From: Spirochaetia bacterium
GTDB taxonomy: Bacteria; Spirochaetota; Spirochaetia; SZUA-6; Bin103
Reading direction: 5' to 3'
Assembly: GCA_965198005.1 (NCBI GenBank)
Contig: CBDAOI010000004.1
Coordinates: 1,056,001-1,120,000, forward strand
DNA: 64,000 bases
Shown here piece after piece: positions 17,765 through 25,410 of the stretch. The notes beneath the pieces were generated by a model. That model did not search any database, was not told the DNA's origin, and saw nothing but the letters and a program-made list of their open reading frames with translations. Numbering within the stretch: the first letter of the stretch is position 1; every line of letters starts with the position of its first letter. A program made the position numbers and the translations under genes.

Positions 17765-18124
17765 ATGACGCGGAGCGCCGCGCGGCGCGGACCACTGGGC
17801 GAAGCGGCCGCCGCCGCATACTTGCGCGGCTTGGGCTATGTCGTCCTGGAGCGTAACGTGCGCACGCGGCGCGGCGAGGTAGACTTGGTCGTGAGCCGTG
17901 GCGACGACCTCGTGTTCGTAGAGGTCAAGTCCTGGCGGTCCCTGCCCAGTGCCGGGCTGGAGCACTCGATCAACCGCCGCAAGCAGCTCCGCATCGCCGG
18001 CGTGGCCCGTACCTACGTGGCGCGCAACTACCCCCGCTACGCTGCGATGCACCAGCGCTTCGACATCATCCTGGTACGCGACGGCGGCGTTGCGCTGCAC
18101 CTGCCGGGGGCGTTCGAGCTGTGA
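17765..18124 (+). CDS. YraN family (UPF0102) PD-(D/E)XK nuclease-like protein
   Basis: GE.AA..YL...GY..LERN, GEVDLV, FVEVK, RFD. Confidence 0.9.
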   Translation: MTRSAARRGPLGEAAAAAYLRGLGYVVLERNVRTRRGEVDLVVSRGDDLVFVEVKSWRSLPSAGLEHSINRRKQLRIAGVARTYVARNYPRYAAMHQRFDIILVRDGGVALHLPGAFEL

Positions 18125-18297
18125 ACACGGACGAACGCCGGCGCCGTCTCGCGGCGTTGAAACGGAAGATCCACAGCGAAGCCTACCTGAGACACGCGGT
18201 GGCGCACCTGACCGCCGGTCGGCTGGACGACCTCGTGCGGGCCGTGCTCGGCCGGCCGCGCCCGGATGGGAGACCGTCGCGCGGTGCGTCCAATTGA
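18121..18297 (+). CDS. Small hypothetical protein (58 aa) absent from the ORF track
   Basis: GTG overlaps the yraN TGA (GTGA); reads MNTDERRRRLAALKRKIHSEAYLRHAVAHL...SN*. Confidence 0.55.
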   Translation: MNTDERRRRLAALKRKIHSEAYLRHAVAHLTAGRLDDLVRAVLGRPRPDGRPSRGASN

Positions 18298-18348
18298 CCG
18301 GCTCCAAGCCTTTACTTTCAGGGCGCGGCCGGTGAACACTGATGCGCG

Positions 18349-18861
18349 GTGCGAGCGGTGAGCAAACAGCGACAGCGGGACGAACAGCGGGAGCCTGCAC
18401 CCGCGTCCGGCCGGGGGCGACGCCGGTCCCGGCGGCGCCGCTCCGAAGCCGCACCCCGGGGGGAGGCGCCGCCGGCCGCGGCCGCCGACCCGCCCGCGCC
18501 GGTCCCGCGGTGCCCGCTCTGTGACCAGGCGGTGCGGGTGCTGCATACCGCGATTGCCTACGGTGACGAGGAGGCGCCCGCACACTTCGACTGTGTCCTG
18601 GAGCTGCTTGGCGAACGCGAGCGGCTGGCACCGGGCGAACGGGTATGCTACCTGGGCAGTGGCAGCTTCGGCATCGTGCAGCTTCCGGACCACGGCGGCC
18701 CGTCCGACGGCTCCGGGCCGAGCGGGGGGCTGGTGGTGCGCAAGCGAATCCCGTTCGAGAGCAATGACCCGCCACCCGTCTGGCGTCACGAACTTCGCCA
18801 CAATGTGTTCGCACGCCCCGGCAAGCCCCGCGGCTCCGGCCGCAGTCAGGTGGACGGGTAG
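18349..18861 (+). CDS. Conserved hypothetical protein with Cys/His metal-binding motifs (spirochaete-type)
   Basis: CPLC...HFDC...YLGSGSFG; fills the gap before coaD; start uncertain. Confidence 0.7.
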   Translation: MRAVSKQRQRDEQREPAPASGRGRRRSRRRRSEAAPRGEAPPAAAADPPAPVPRCPLCDQAVRVLHTAIAYGDEEAPAHFDCVLELLGERERLAPGERVCYLGSGSFGIVQLPDHGGPSDGSGPSGGLVVRKRIPFESNDPPPVWRHELRHNVFARPGKPRGSGRSQVDG

Positions 18862-18873
18862 GTTGGCCGTGCC

Positions 18874-19350
18874 ATGCAGGTAATCTTTCCCGGTACCTTC
18901 GACCCCCCCACCAACGGTCACCTGGATCTGATGCGGCGCGCCGCGCGGCTGTTCGAACGGGTGGTGGTGGTGATAGCCGTCAATCCACACAAGGAGGCTC
19001 TGTTCAGCGCGGAGGAGCGGGTACGCATGGTGCGGGAGCTGGCGAAGGACCTCCCCAACACCGAGGTCCGGTCCTGGCGGGGGCTGGTCGTGGACTTCGC
19101 CGAGCGGGCGGGAATCCGCACGCTGCTGCGCGGCGTGCGCGCCCTCTCCGACTTCGAGTACGAGTTCGAGCTGTCGATGATGAACCGCGCGCTGCGGCCC
19201 AGTATCGAGACCATGTTCATGCCCACCGACCAGAAGTACTTCGTGTTGCGGTCGTCGGCCATCAAGGAGGTGGCGCGCATCGGCGGAGACATCCGCAAGA
19301 TGGTCCCGGAAGTCGTCGCGCGGGCGCTGGTGGACAAACTGGGTACTTGA
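18874..19350 (+). CDS. coaD: Phosphopantetheine adenylyltransferase
   Basis: FPGTFDPPTNGH, RGVRALSDFEYE, SSAIKE. Confidence 0.96.
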   Translation: MQVIFPGTFDPPTNGHLDLMRRAARLFERVVVVIAVNPHKEALFSAEERVRMVRELAKDLPNTEVRSWRGLVVDFAERAGIRTLLRGVRALSDFEYEFELSMMNRALRPSIETMFMPTDQKYFVLRSSAIKEVARIGGDIRKMVPEVVARALVDKLGT

Positions 19351-19476
19351 CGCGGCCGCGTGCGCTTGACTACCTTGTGCGTCAGCTTGGCCGCGGGTCT
19401 GCCCCACCGGGGAGTCCGCGGCGGTCTGCGAATACAACTCGAGCGTCGTACCAGGCGCCCAACTGGGATTTAGGAA

Positions 19477-19671
19477 ATGGCGTCCATAGGGCCAAGGCGG
19501 AAACATTCCAAGGCACGGACCCGCCGCAGGCGTGCAGTGAGCATGAGTATTTCGCTTCCAAACGTAGTAGTATGCCCGAATTGCGGTGGCCGCACGGTTA
19601 AGCACCGGGTCTGCCGTAGCTGTGGGCACTACCGCGGGCGTCAGGTGCTGAGACCGGACGAGTTGGCGTAG
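19477..19671 (+). CDS. rpmF: 50S ribosomal protein L32 (Zn-binding C+ form)
   Basis: KHSKARTRRRR, CPNCG...HRVCRSCG.YRGRQV. Confidence 0.93.
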   Translation: MASIGPRRKHSKARTRRRRAVSMSISLPNVVVCPNCGGRTVKHRVCRSCGHYRGRQVLRPDELA

Positions 19672-19696
19672 CCCCAGGAGAACGGAGGTCATTTCG

Positions 19697-19942
19697 ATGG
19701 ACGAACAGTTGTTCGACAGGCTGAAGAAACTCATTGCCGACCGACTTGAGATCGAGGAAAGCAAGATCACCCTCGAGTCGTCGTTTCGCCAGGATCTCGG
19801 GGCGGACAGCCTGGACACGTACGAGCTGGTGTACGCCATCGAGGAAGAGTTGGGCATCGCCATTCCGGACGAGAAGGCCAACGAGTTCGAGACGGTCAAG
19901 GACGCCCTCACCTACATCGAGTCTCAGGTCAGCAACAAGTAA
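19697..19942 (+). CDS. acpP: Acyl carrier protein
   Basis: DLGADSLD phosphopantetheine site; GGAGG RBS. Confidence 0.96.
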   Translation: MDEQLFDRLKKLIADRLEIEESKITLESSFRQDLGADSLDTYELVYAIEEELGIAIPDEKANEFETVKDALTYIESQVSNK

Positions 19943-19972
19943 GCGGCAGATGGCGCGCCGTACGCCGGGATA

Positions 19973-20863
19973 ATGCATCTCATCGACCGGCGCGGCCTTC
20001 GTCTGCCGCGCGAATGCGCCCCGCGTGCCGACCGGTCCCGGCGCACGGCGTTACGGCATCTCGAACGCCGCGCCGGGATCCGGTTCCGGGACCACGACCT
20101 GCTCAATCTGGCCTTCTGTCACCGTTCCTATGCCCATGAGGCGCGGTCGGAAGGGCCCGATCGGACCGTCGCGAACAACGAGAAACTGGAGTTTCTCGGG
20201 GACGCGGTACTCGGACTGGTGACCAGCGCGGAGTTGTACGCCATGGCCGGGCCGCGGCCGGAGGGGGAGCTCGCGCGCATCAAGTCATTCGTGGTGAGCG
20301 AACAGACCCTGTACGAGTGGGCGGTGCGGCTCGGCTTGCGCGAGTACCTCCTGATCGGCCGCGGCGAGGAGCTCTCCGGCGGCCGCGACAAGAAAGCGAT
20401 TCTGGCCGACGCGATGGAAGCGATCATCGGCGCCTACTACGTCGACTCCGGCCTGCCTGCCGCGCAGAGCTTCGTGCGGCGCCATCTCCAGCCCGAAATC
20501 CGCCGCGTGCTCAGCAATACCCATCGCCAGGACTTCAAGACGTTGCTGCAGCAACTGGTGCAGCGCCGCTACCGCTCCTATCCGCGCTACCGGCTGGTCG
20601 ACCAGGCCGGTCCCGATCACGACCGCACGTTCCGCATCGAGGTCCACGTGAACGGAGCCCGGTACGGGCCGGGCACGGGCAAGACCAAGAAGGAGGCGGA
20701 GCAGGCCGCCGCCGGCTGCGCCTTCGCCGCGTTGACCGGGCCGGGCCGGGACCCCGAGGGCGTCCCGGAGGTCGTCCCGCCGCCGGCGGCGGCGACCGTC
20801 AGCGTTCGAGACGCGCGCGGTGGAAATTCCGGGCGATCGTCAGCAGCGAGTCGCGGCGGTTGA
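19973..20863 (+). CDS. rnc: Ribonuclease III
   Basis: NEKLEFLGDAVL, DAMEAIIGA, dsRBD with KT.LQ and GKTKKEAEQ. Confidence 0.95.
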   Translation: MHLIDRRGLRLPRECAPRADRSRRTALRHLERRAGIRFRDHDLLNLAFCHRSYAHEARSEGPDRTVANNEKLEFLGDAVLGLVTSAELYAMAGPRPEGELARIKSFVVSEQTLYEWAVRLGLREYLLIGRGEELSGGRDKKAILADAMEAIIGAYYVDSGLPAAQSFVRRHLQPEIRRVLSNTHRQDFKTLLQQLVQRRYRSYPRYRLVDQAGPDHDRTFRIEVHVNGARYGPGTGKTKKEAEQAAAGCAFAALTGPGRDPEGVPEVVPPPAAATVSVRDARGGNSGRSSAASRGG

Positions 20864-22151
20864 GGCCGGGGTCGTCCAGCACGGTCTCCAGGAGCTGGCG
20901 GAGCAGGATCCCCACGATCGGTCCCGGCGCGAGCTGGAGCTCGTCCATCAGGTCGCGACCGCCGACGGCAAGATCGCGCACGGTGAACGCCGGTTGCCGC
21001 GCCAGCACCGCGCCGATCCGCTGCTCGAACTCGATCAGGTTGGTGGAGATGGCCCGCTCGCGGCAACGCCCGATCTGATCCGCACGGCGCAGCGACAGCA
21101 GCCGGTCCACCTCGTTCCGTCCGACGCGGGCGACGAACCGGCGTACCGCGGCGTCCGACCAGCTCGCGTCGTAGTTGAACATGTGGTGCGCCACCAGGTG
21201 GGACACGCGATCCCGGAGCGCGTGCGGGAAGCGCAGGCGGTCCAGAATCTGCCGCGTGAGCCGGGTCGACACCCGTTCATGCCGGTGGAACGACAGGGAG
21301 CCGTCGGCCGCGCGGGCCGCGGAGGCGGGCTTGCCGACGTCATGCAGCAGCCCCGCCAGGCGCAGCTCCAGATCCGGCGCGCTGGCGTCACAGGTGGCCA
21401 GCGCATGCGTGAACACGTCGAAACAGTGCCGCTCGGGCTGCTCGACTCCCACGCAGCGGTGCAGCTCCGGGAGCACCAGCTCCATCAGCCCGGTTTCTTC
21501 CATCAGGGAGAGGCCGGTGGACGGAACGGGCGCGAGCAGAATCGCCTCCAGCTCGACCCGGATGCGCTCGGCCGATACCCGGCGCACGGTGTCCAGCGCG
21601 CCGGGGATCGCGTCCAGGGTGGCTCCGTGTACGCCGAAGCCGAGCTGCGCGGCGAACCGGCACAGACGTAGCGGCCGCAGTCCATCCTCGGCAAACCGCT
21701 CCGCGGGCGCGCCGATGGCGCGGATCAGCTCGCGCGCCAGATCGCCGCGCCCGTCGTACGGGTCCACCAGACGGCCGCTCAGGAGATCGAGCGCTATGGC
21801 GTTGATCGTAAAGTCGCGCCGGCCGAGGTCCTGTTCGATGGTGCCGCCGAACGTGACCTGGTCGGGATGGCGGCCGTCGCCGTAGCTCGACTCGCTGCGG
21901 AAGGTGGTGACCTCGATGCGGTGACCGTCCCAGACCACGGTCACCGTGCCGTGCCGCAGCCCCGTGGGGATGGTGCGCCGGTACCAGGCGCGCACCTGTT
22001 CCGGCCGGGCGTCGGTAGCGACGTCGTAGTCGCCCCCGTTGCGCCGCATGAGCAGGTCGCGCACGGCGCCGCCGACCAGCCAGCATTGGCGGTCATGCTC
22101 GGCGAGTACGCGGGCGAACCGTTGCATGACCCGCGGGGCGGTCATGGCCAT
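20799..22151 (-). CDS. CCA tRNA nucleotidyltransferase / poly(A) polymerase family with HD domain
   Basis: VGGAVRD, DYD, RRDFTINA, EDGLR, LHDVGK; the tRNAs in this window lack encoded CCA. Confidence 0.9.
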   Translation of the reverse strand: MAMTAPRVMQRFARVLAEHDRQCWLVGGAVRDLLMRRNGGDYDVATDARPEQVRAWYRRTIPTGLRHGTVTVVWDGHRIEVTTFRSESSYGDGRHPDQVTFGGTIEQDLGRRDFTINAIALDLLSGRLVDPYDGRGDLARELIRAIGAPAERFAEDGLRPLRLCRFAAQLGFGVHGATLDAIPGALDTVRRVSAERIRVELEAILLAPVPSTGLSLMEETGLMELVLPELHRCVGVEQPERHCFDVFTHALATCDASAPDLELRLAGLLHDVGKPASAARAADGSLSFHRHERVSTRLTRQILDRLRFPHALRDRVSHLVAHHMFNYDASWSDAAVRRFVARVGRNEVDRLLSLRRADQIGRCRERAISTNLIEFEQRIGAVLARQPAFTVRDLAVGGRDLMDELQLAPGPIVGILLRQLLETVLDDPGLNRRDSLLTIARNFHRARLER

Positions 22152-22309
22152 GGTTGCAATGTATCACCGGCGGCCCCGGCGCGGGACACGCGTCCTCGCG
22201 CCGCTGGGCGGCCGGCCCCCTCCGCCCCCGGTTCCGGTTGTGCCTGCGCTCAGCGGCGCGCTACATTGGTTCCGTGGGTCGTGTAGTGGCTGGTAGCGGG
22301 CTCGGGCGG

Positions 22310-22960
22310 ATGACCACCGGCCTGCTGCTGATCGGTGGCGAGGGGCCGCGCCGCGACGTGGTGGCGCCGTTCCTGCCCGCCGTCGGGCCGGTGGTGGCGG
22401 CGGACAGCGGCTTCGATCTGGCGCTGAGCCTGGGCATTCACCCCAACCGCGTGGTAGGGGATCTCGATTCGGTACGGGATCGCCGTGCGCTGGCGGCATT
22501 CCCCGCGGCGCGGATCGAGCACGCTCCCGCGGCCAAGGATCAGACGGATGCGGAACTCGGTCTGGACACCCTGGCCCGGCTCGGTTGCCGGCGCGTGATC
22601 GTGGCGGGCGGCGGCGGCGGCCGCGTCGATCATTTGCTCGGCGTGCTCGGACTGTTTCAGCGCGACCGCCGGCCGCGGGTGTGGCTCACCGCGGCGGAGC
22701 ACATGGAGGTGATCGAGGACCGCGCACGCTTCGCCGGGCACCGCAACTGCACCGTGTCGCTGTTCCCGCTCACCGCAGTCGCGGACGGGCTCCGTTCGGT
22801 CGGCCTGCGTTGGCCGCTGGACGGCATTCGCCTGCGGCGCGGCTACGCCAGCCTGAGCAACGTGGTGGTGGCCGATCGCTGGGAGGTGTCCGTGCGTACC
22901 GGACGGCTGCTGATGGTCCGCAACCTGGCGCCGCTGCCGATCCCGCCGGAGGGCGGCTAG
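22310..22960 (+). CDS. thiN: Thiamine diphosphokinase
   Basis: AADSG, VGDLDS, KDQTD, GGRVDH, GLRWPL, SN. Confidence 0.9.
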   Translation: MTTGLLLIGGEGPRRDVVAPFLPAVGPVVAADSGFDLALSLGIHPNRVVGDLDSVRDRRALAAFPAARIEHAPAAKDQTDAELGLDTLARLGCRRVIVAGGGGGRVDHLLGVLGLFQRDRRPRVWLTAAEHMEVIEDRARFAGHRNCTVSLFPLTAVADGLRSVGLRWPLDGIRLRRGYASLSNVVVADRWEVSVRTGRLLMVRNLAPLPIPPEGG

Positions 22961-22991
22961 CGACGCCGACAGGCGGCGGTTTGGCGGGCTA

Positions 22992-23843
22992 CTAGCGGCC
23001 GGTGGGAGCGGGCAGTGCCACCGCGGCGTCGAGCAGACCGCCGACGTTCGCCGCTGCCGGCAATGCCAGGAACTCGAGGAGCATTGGATATTGTTCGAAC
23101 ACCGCGCCATATTCACGCAGCGCGGCCAGCGCGTCGCGCTGCGCTTGGCGCTCGGCCAGGCCCGACTCGCGCTGGTATGCAAGCGCGGCCACGGCTGCCC
23201 GGCGCGCCGCATCCTGCGCCTCCAGCAGGGCGAAGTAGGCGGCGCGCGCCCGTTCGTACAGTTCGAGGTCCGGGAGGCGCACCTCGGCGAACCGCAGCGC
23301 TGCCAGCTCGATCTCCGGGAACCGGCTGCCGAGCGCGGCGGCGATCTCGGCCTCCAGCGCGGTCAGGTCCAGCAGCGCGGCCGCCGGCTGCTGCTGCAGC
23401 AGCTCGCGCGCGGCCTGCGCCACGGTGTCGGCCATGCGCGCGCTCCACGCGGGCAGGCTGTCCGGGGTCAGGGCCTGCGCCTCCATCAGCGCGGGCAGCG
23501 CTTCGGGACGCACCGTGAGGGTGGTGACGATCGCGACCTCGAAGCGGAACTCGGCGGGGGTGGGCAGCACCGTGGCCAGGGCCGCGGCCGACGGCAACTC
23601 GCCGCTGCTGCGCGTGGTGGCCGTGTACGGCTGCAGCTCGAACATGAATAACGTCACGTTGGTGGGTATGACCCGTTCCCAATGCCACGAGAACGTGCCC
23701 GGCCGGATGACCTCGGGGCGGTACCCGCTGGTCTTCGAGAACAGCACCGCGTACGTGGCGGGAGGCAGCAGAATCTGGATCCAGCCTGCGACGAACACCG
23801 CCGCGGCGGCCCCCAGCAACAGAATGCCCAGCAGCGCCTTCAT
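22992..23843 (-). CDS. Membrane-anchored SPFH/band-7-like hypothetical protein
   Basis: N-terminal TM helix, then V..SKT.G...PG.F.W; C-terminal coiled coil; ATG 23843 chosen within the longer ORF. Confidence 0.6.
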   Translation of the reverse strand: MKALLGILLLGAAAAVFVAGWIQILLPPATYAVLFSKTSGYRPEVIRPGTFSWHWERVIPTNVTLFMFELQPYTATTRSSGELPSAAALATVLPTPAEFRFEVAIVTTLTVRPEALPALMEAQALTPDSLPAWSARMADTVAQAARELLQQQPAAALLDLTALEAEIAAALGSRFPEIELAALRFAEVRLPDLELYERARAAYFALLEAQDAARRAAVAALAYQRESGLAERQAQRDALAALREYGAVFEQYPMLLEFLALPAAANVGGLLDAAVALPAPTGR

Positions 23844-23864
23844 ACCGTCAGTATTGAGCAATCG

Positions 23865-24224
23865 GTGAACGCGGTGCAACTGTGGCGCGTCGACCTGCAG
23901 CAGATGGGTACGGTGCTCGGCGAGCTCAGCGGCCGCGCGTTCTGGTACTGCTTCACCCACATGTCGCTGTTCCTGGCGCTCTACCTGCTGGGCAACCTGC
24001 AGGAGTTTCTCGACGGCACCCAGCTCGTCCTGCTGCGCCTGACCGAGTTGGCGGCGGTCGCCACCACCGCCGCCGGGGTGTACCGCATGGCCTACACCCT
24101 GTTCCGCGCGCTCACTACCGAGCTGGTGCCGCTGGTGCAGTTCGTCGCCACCGTGGTGGCGACCCTGGCGGCCGCCGTGGTCCTGCTGCTGTCCACGTTC
24201 CTGCTGACCTGGTTCCAACTTTGA
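23865..24224 (+). CDS. Hypothetical membrane protein (three hydrophobic segments)
   Basis: LYLLGNLQEFLDGTQLVLL flanked by TM segments; start uncertain. Confidence 0.6.
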   Translation: MNAVQLWRVDLQQMGTVLGELSGRAFWYCFTHMSLFLALYLLGNLQEFLDGTQLVLLRLTELAAVATTAAGVYRMAYTLFRALTTELVPLVQFVATVVATLAAAVVLLLSTFLLTWFQL

Positions 24225-24247
24225 TGACGGCGCGGCACCATCCGCGG

Positions 24248-24253
24248 TATAAT
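24248..24253 (+). promoter_or_regulatory. Consensus -10 box upstream of aroH/tRNA-Thr
   Basis: Perfect TATAAT in a GC-rich intergenic region. Confidence 0.45.
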
Positions 24254-24308
24254 CGAGCCACATGGTCCCTTGGCGTCGGACACGGCGGTCGTGCAGGTCC
24301 CGGGGAGA

Positions 24309-24677
24309 ATGGTAAGCGCGGTGCGCGGCGCCATCGCGGTGCGCGCCAACGAGCGGCATGCGATTCATGCCGCGGCGGTCAAGCTGGCGCACGAGATCAT
24401 GCGGCGCAACCGGATCGAGCTGACGGATATCGTATCCGTCATCTGCTCGCTGACGGTGGACCTTACGGCGGGCAACCCGGCGACCGCTCTGCGGCTTGAC
24501 CGGTACGGCGAGGTGCCGTTGTTCTGCGTGCAGGAAGCCGCGGTGGAGGGCGGGCTGCCGCGCATCGTGCGCCTGCTCGTGACCTACCGGACGCGCGCCG
24601 GCACACGGCCCCAGCCGGTATATCTGGATGGCGCCGAGCGCCTCCGCTCCGACCTGGCCGCACCAGCGCCACCTTAG
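24309..24677 (+). CDS. aroH: AroH-type chorismate mutase
   Basis: AVRGA, T.DL.A.NPA, VPLFC.QE..V.G.LPR.VR, YL.GA..LR.DL; GGGGAG RBS. Confidence 0.88.
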   Translation: MVSAVRGAIAVRANERHAIHAAAVKLAHEIMRRNRIELTDIVSVICSLTVDLTAGNPATALRLDRYGEVPLFCVQEAAVEGGLPRIVRLLVTYRTRAGTRPQPVYLDGAERLRSDLAAPAPP

Positions 24678-24740
24678 CTCAGTTGGCAGAGCGCGTGACT
24701 TGTAATCTCGAGGTCGTCGGTTCGAATCCGACAGGTGGCT
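24668..24740 (+). tRNA. tRNA-Thr (TGT)
   Basis: Acceptor GCCACCT/AGGTGGC, D-arm GCTC/GAGC, anticodon loop CTTGTAA, T-loop TTCGAAT. Confidence 0.93.
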
Positions 24741-24779
24741 CTTTTTCCGGTTTTGGTTTCCGCCGAAGAAAGGTCTATA

Positions 24780-24809
24780 TTGACACGAGCTACGACTACT
24801 GCTACAAAT
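24780..24809 (+). promoter_or_regulatory. Putative promoter for tRNA-Tyr
   Basis: TTGACA, 17-bp spacer, TACAAA(T). Confidence 0.45.
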
Positions 24810-24850
24810 TCGGCCAGGAACGTGGGGTTTAGTTATCACGCGGGTTGCGG

Positions 24851-24932
24851 GGGGAGGTTCCCGAGTGGTCAAAGGGGGCAGACTGTAAATCTGTTGGCGA
24901 CGCCTTCGCAGGTTCGAATCCTGCTCTCCCCA
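24851..24932 (+). tRNA. tRNA-Tyr (GTA)
   Basis: Acceptor GGGGAGG/TCTCCCC, anticodon arm GCAGA-CTGTAAA-TCTGT, long variable arm, T-arm GCAGG-TTCGAAT-CCTGC. Confidence 0.95.
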
Positions 24933-24946
24933 ACCTTGGAGACTTG

Positions 24947-25402
24947 ATGGGTCCACCCGGAGATCGTCCGTTCCATGCGGACGGACTTCGCTTCGACTGC
25001 ACTCGGTGTCAGCGCTGTTGCCGGCATGAGCCGGGCTTCGTGTTTCTTTCTCGGCAGGACCTGGACCGGCTGGCCGACCATTTCGGCCTGTCCGATGCGG
25101 AGGTCCGCGCCCGCTACTGCCGGGTCGAGGACGCCGGCGGAGTGGGCCGCCTCACGTTGCGCGAACGCGCCAACTACGACTGCGTGTTCTGGGAGGCGGG
25201 GGGCTGCACGGTGTACGCCGCCCGACCCCTCCAATGCCGCAGCTTTCCGTTCTGGCCGGCGCAGGTGGCGGACGAGGAGAGCTGGCGCGCCGCCGCGCGC
25301 GACTGTCCGGGAATCGGACTCGGGCCGCTGCACGGCGCCTCCGAAATCGCCTACTGGCTGGACCGGCGCGCCGCCGAGCCGCTGATCGACGCTACCCGAT
25401 GA
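24947..25402 (+). CDS. YkgJ family cysteine-cluster (Zn/Fe-S) protein
   Basis: FDCTRCQRCC, C.F, CTVY.ARPLQCRSFPFW, CPG. Confidence 0.9.
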   Translation: MGPPGDRPFHADGLRFDCTRCQRCCRHEPGFVFLSRQDLDRLADHFGLSDAEVRARYCRVEDAGGVGRLTLRERANYDCVFWEAGGCTVYAARPLQCRSFPFWPAQVADEESWRAAARDCPGIGLGPLHGASEIAYWLDRRAAEPLIDATR

Positions 25403-25410
25403 GGTTGTCC

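Noticed and set aside
22992-24956. 654-aa ORF as a single gene
   Set aside because: Its 5' half runs antisense through two tRNAs and aroH; only 22992-23843 looks like a protein
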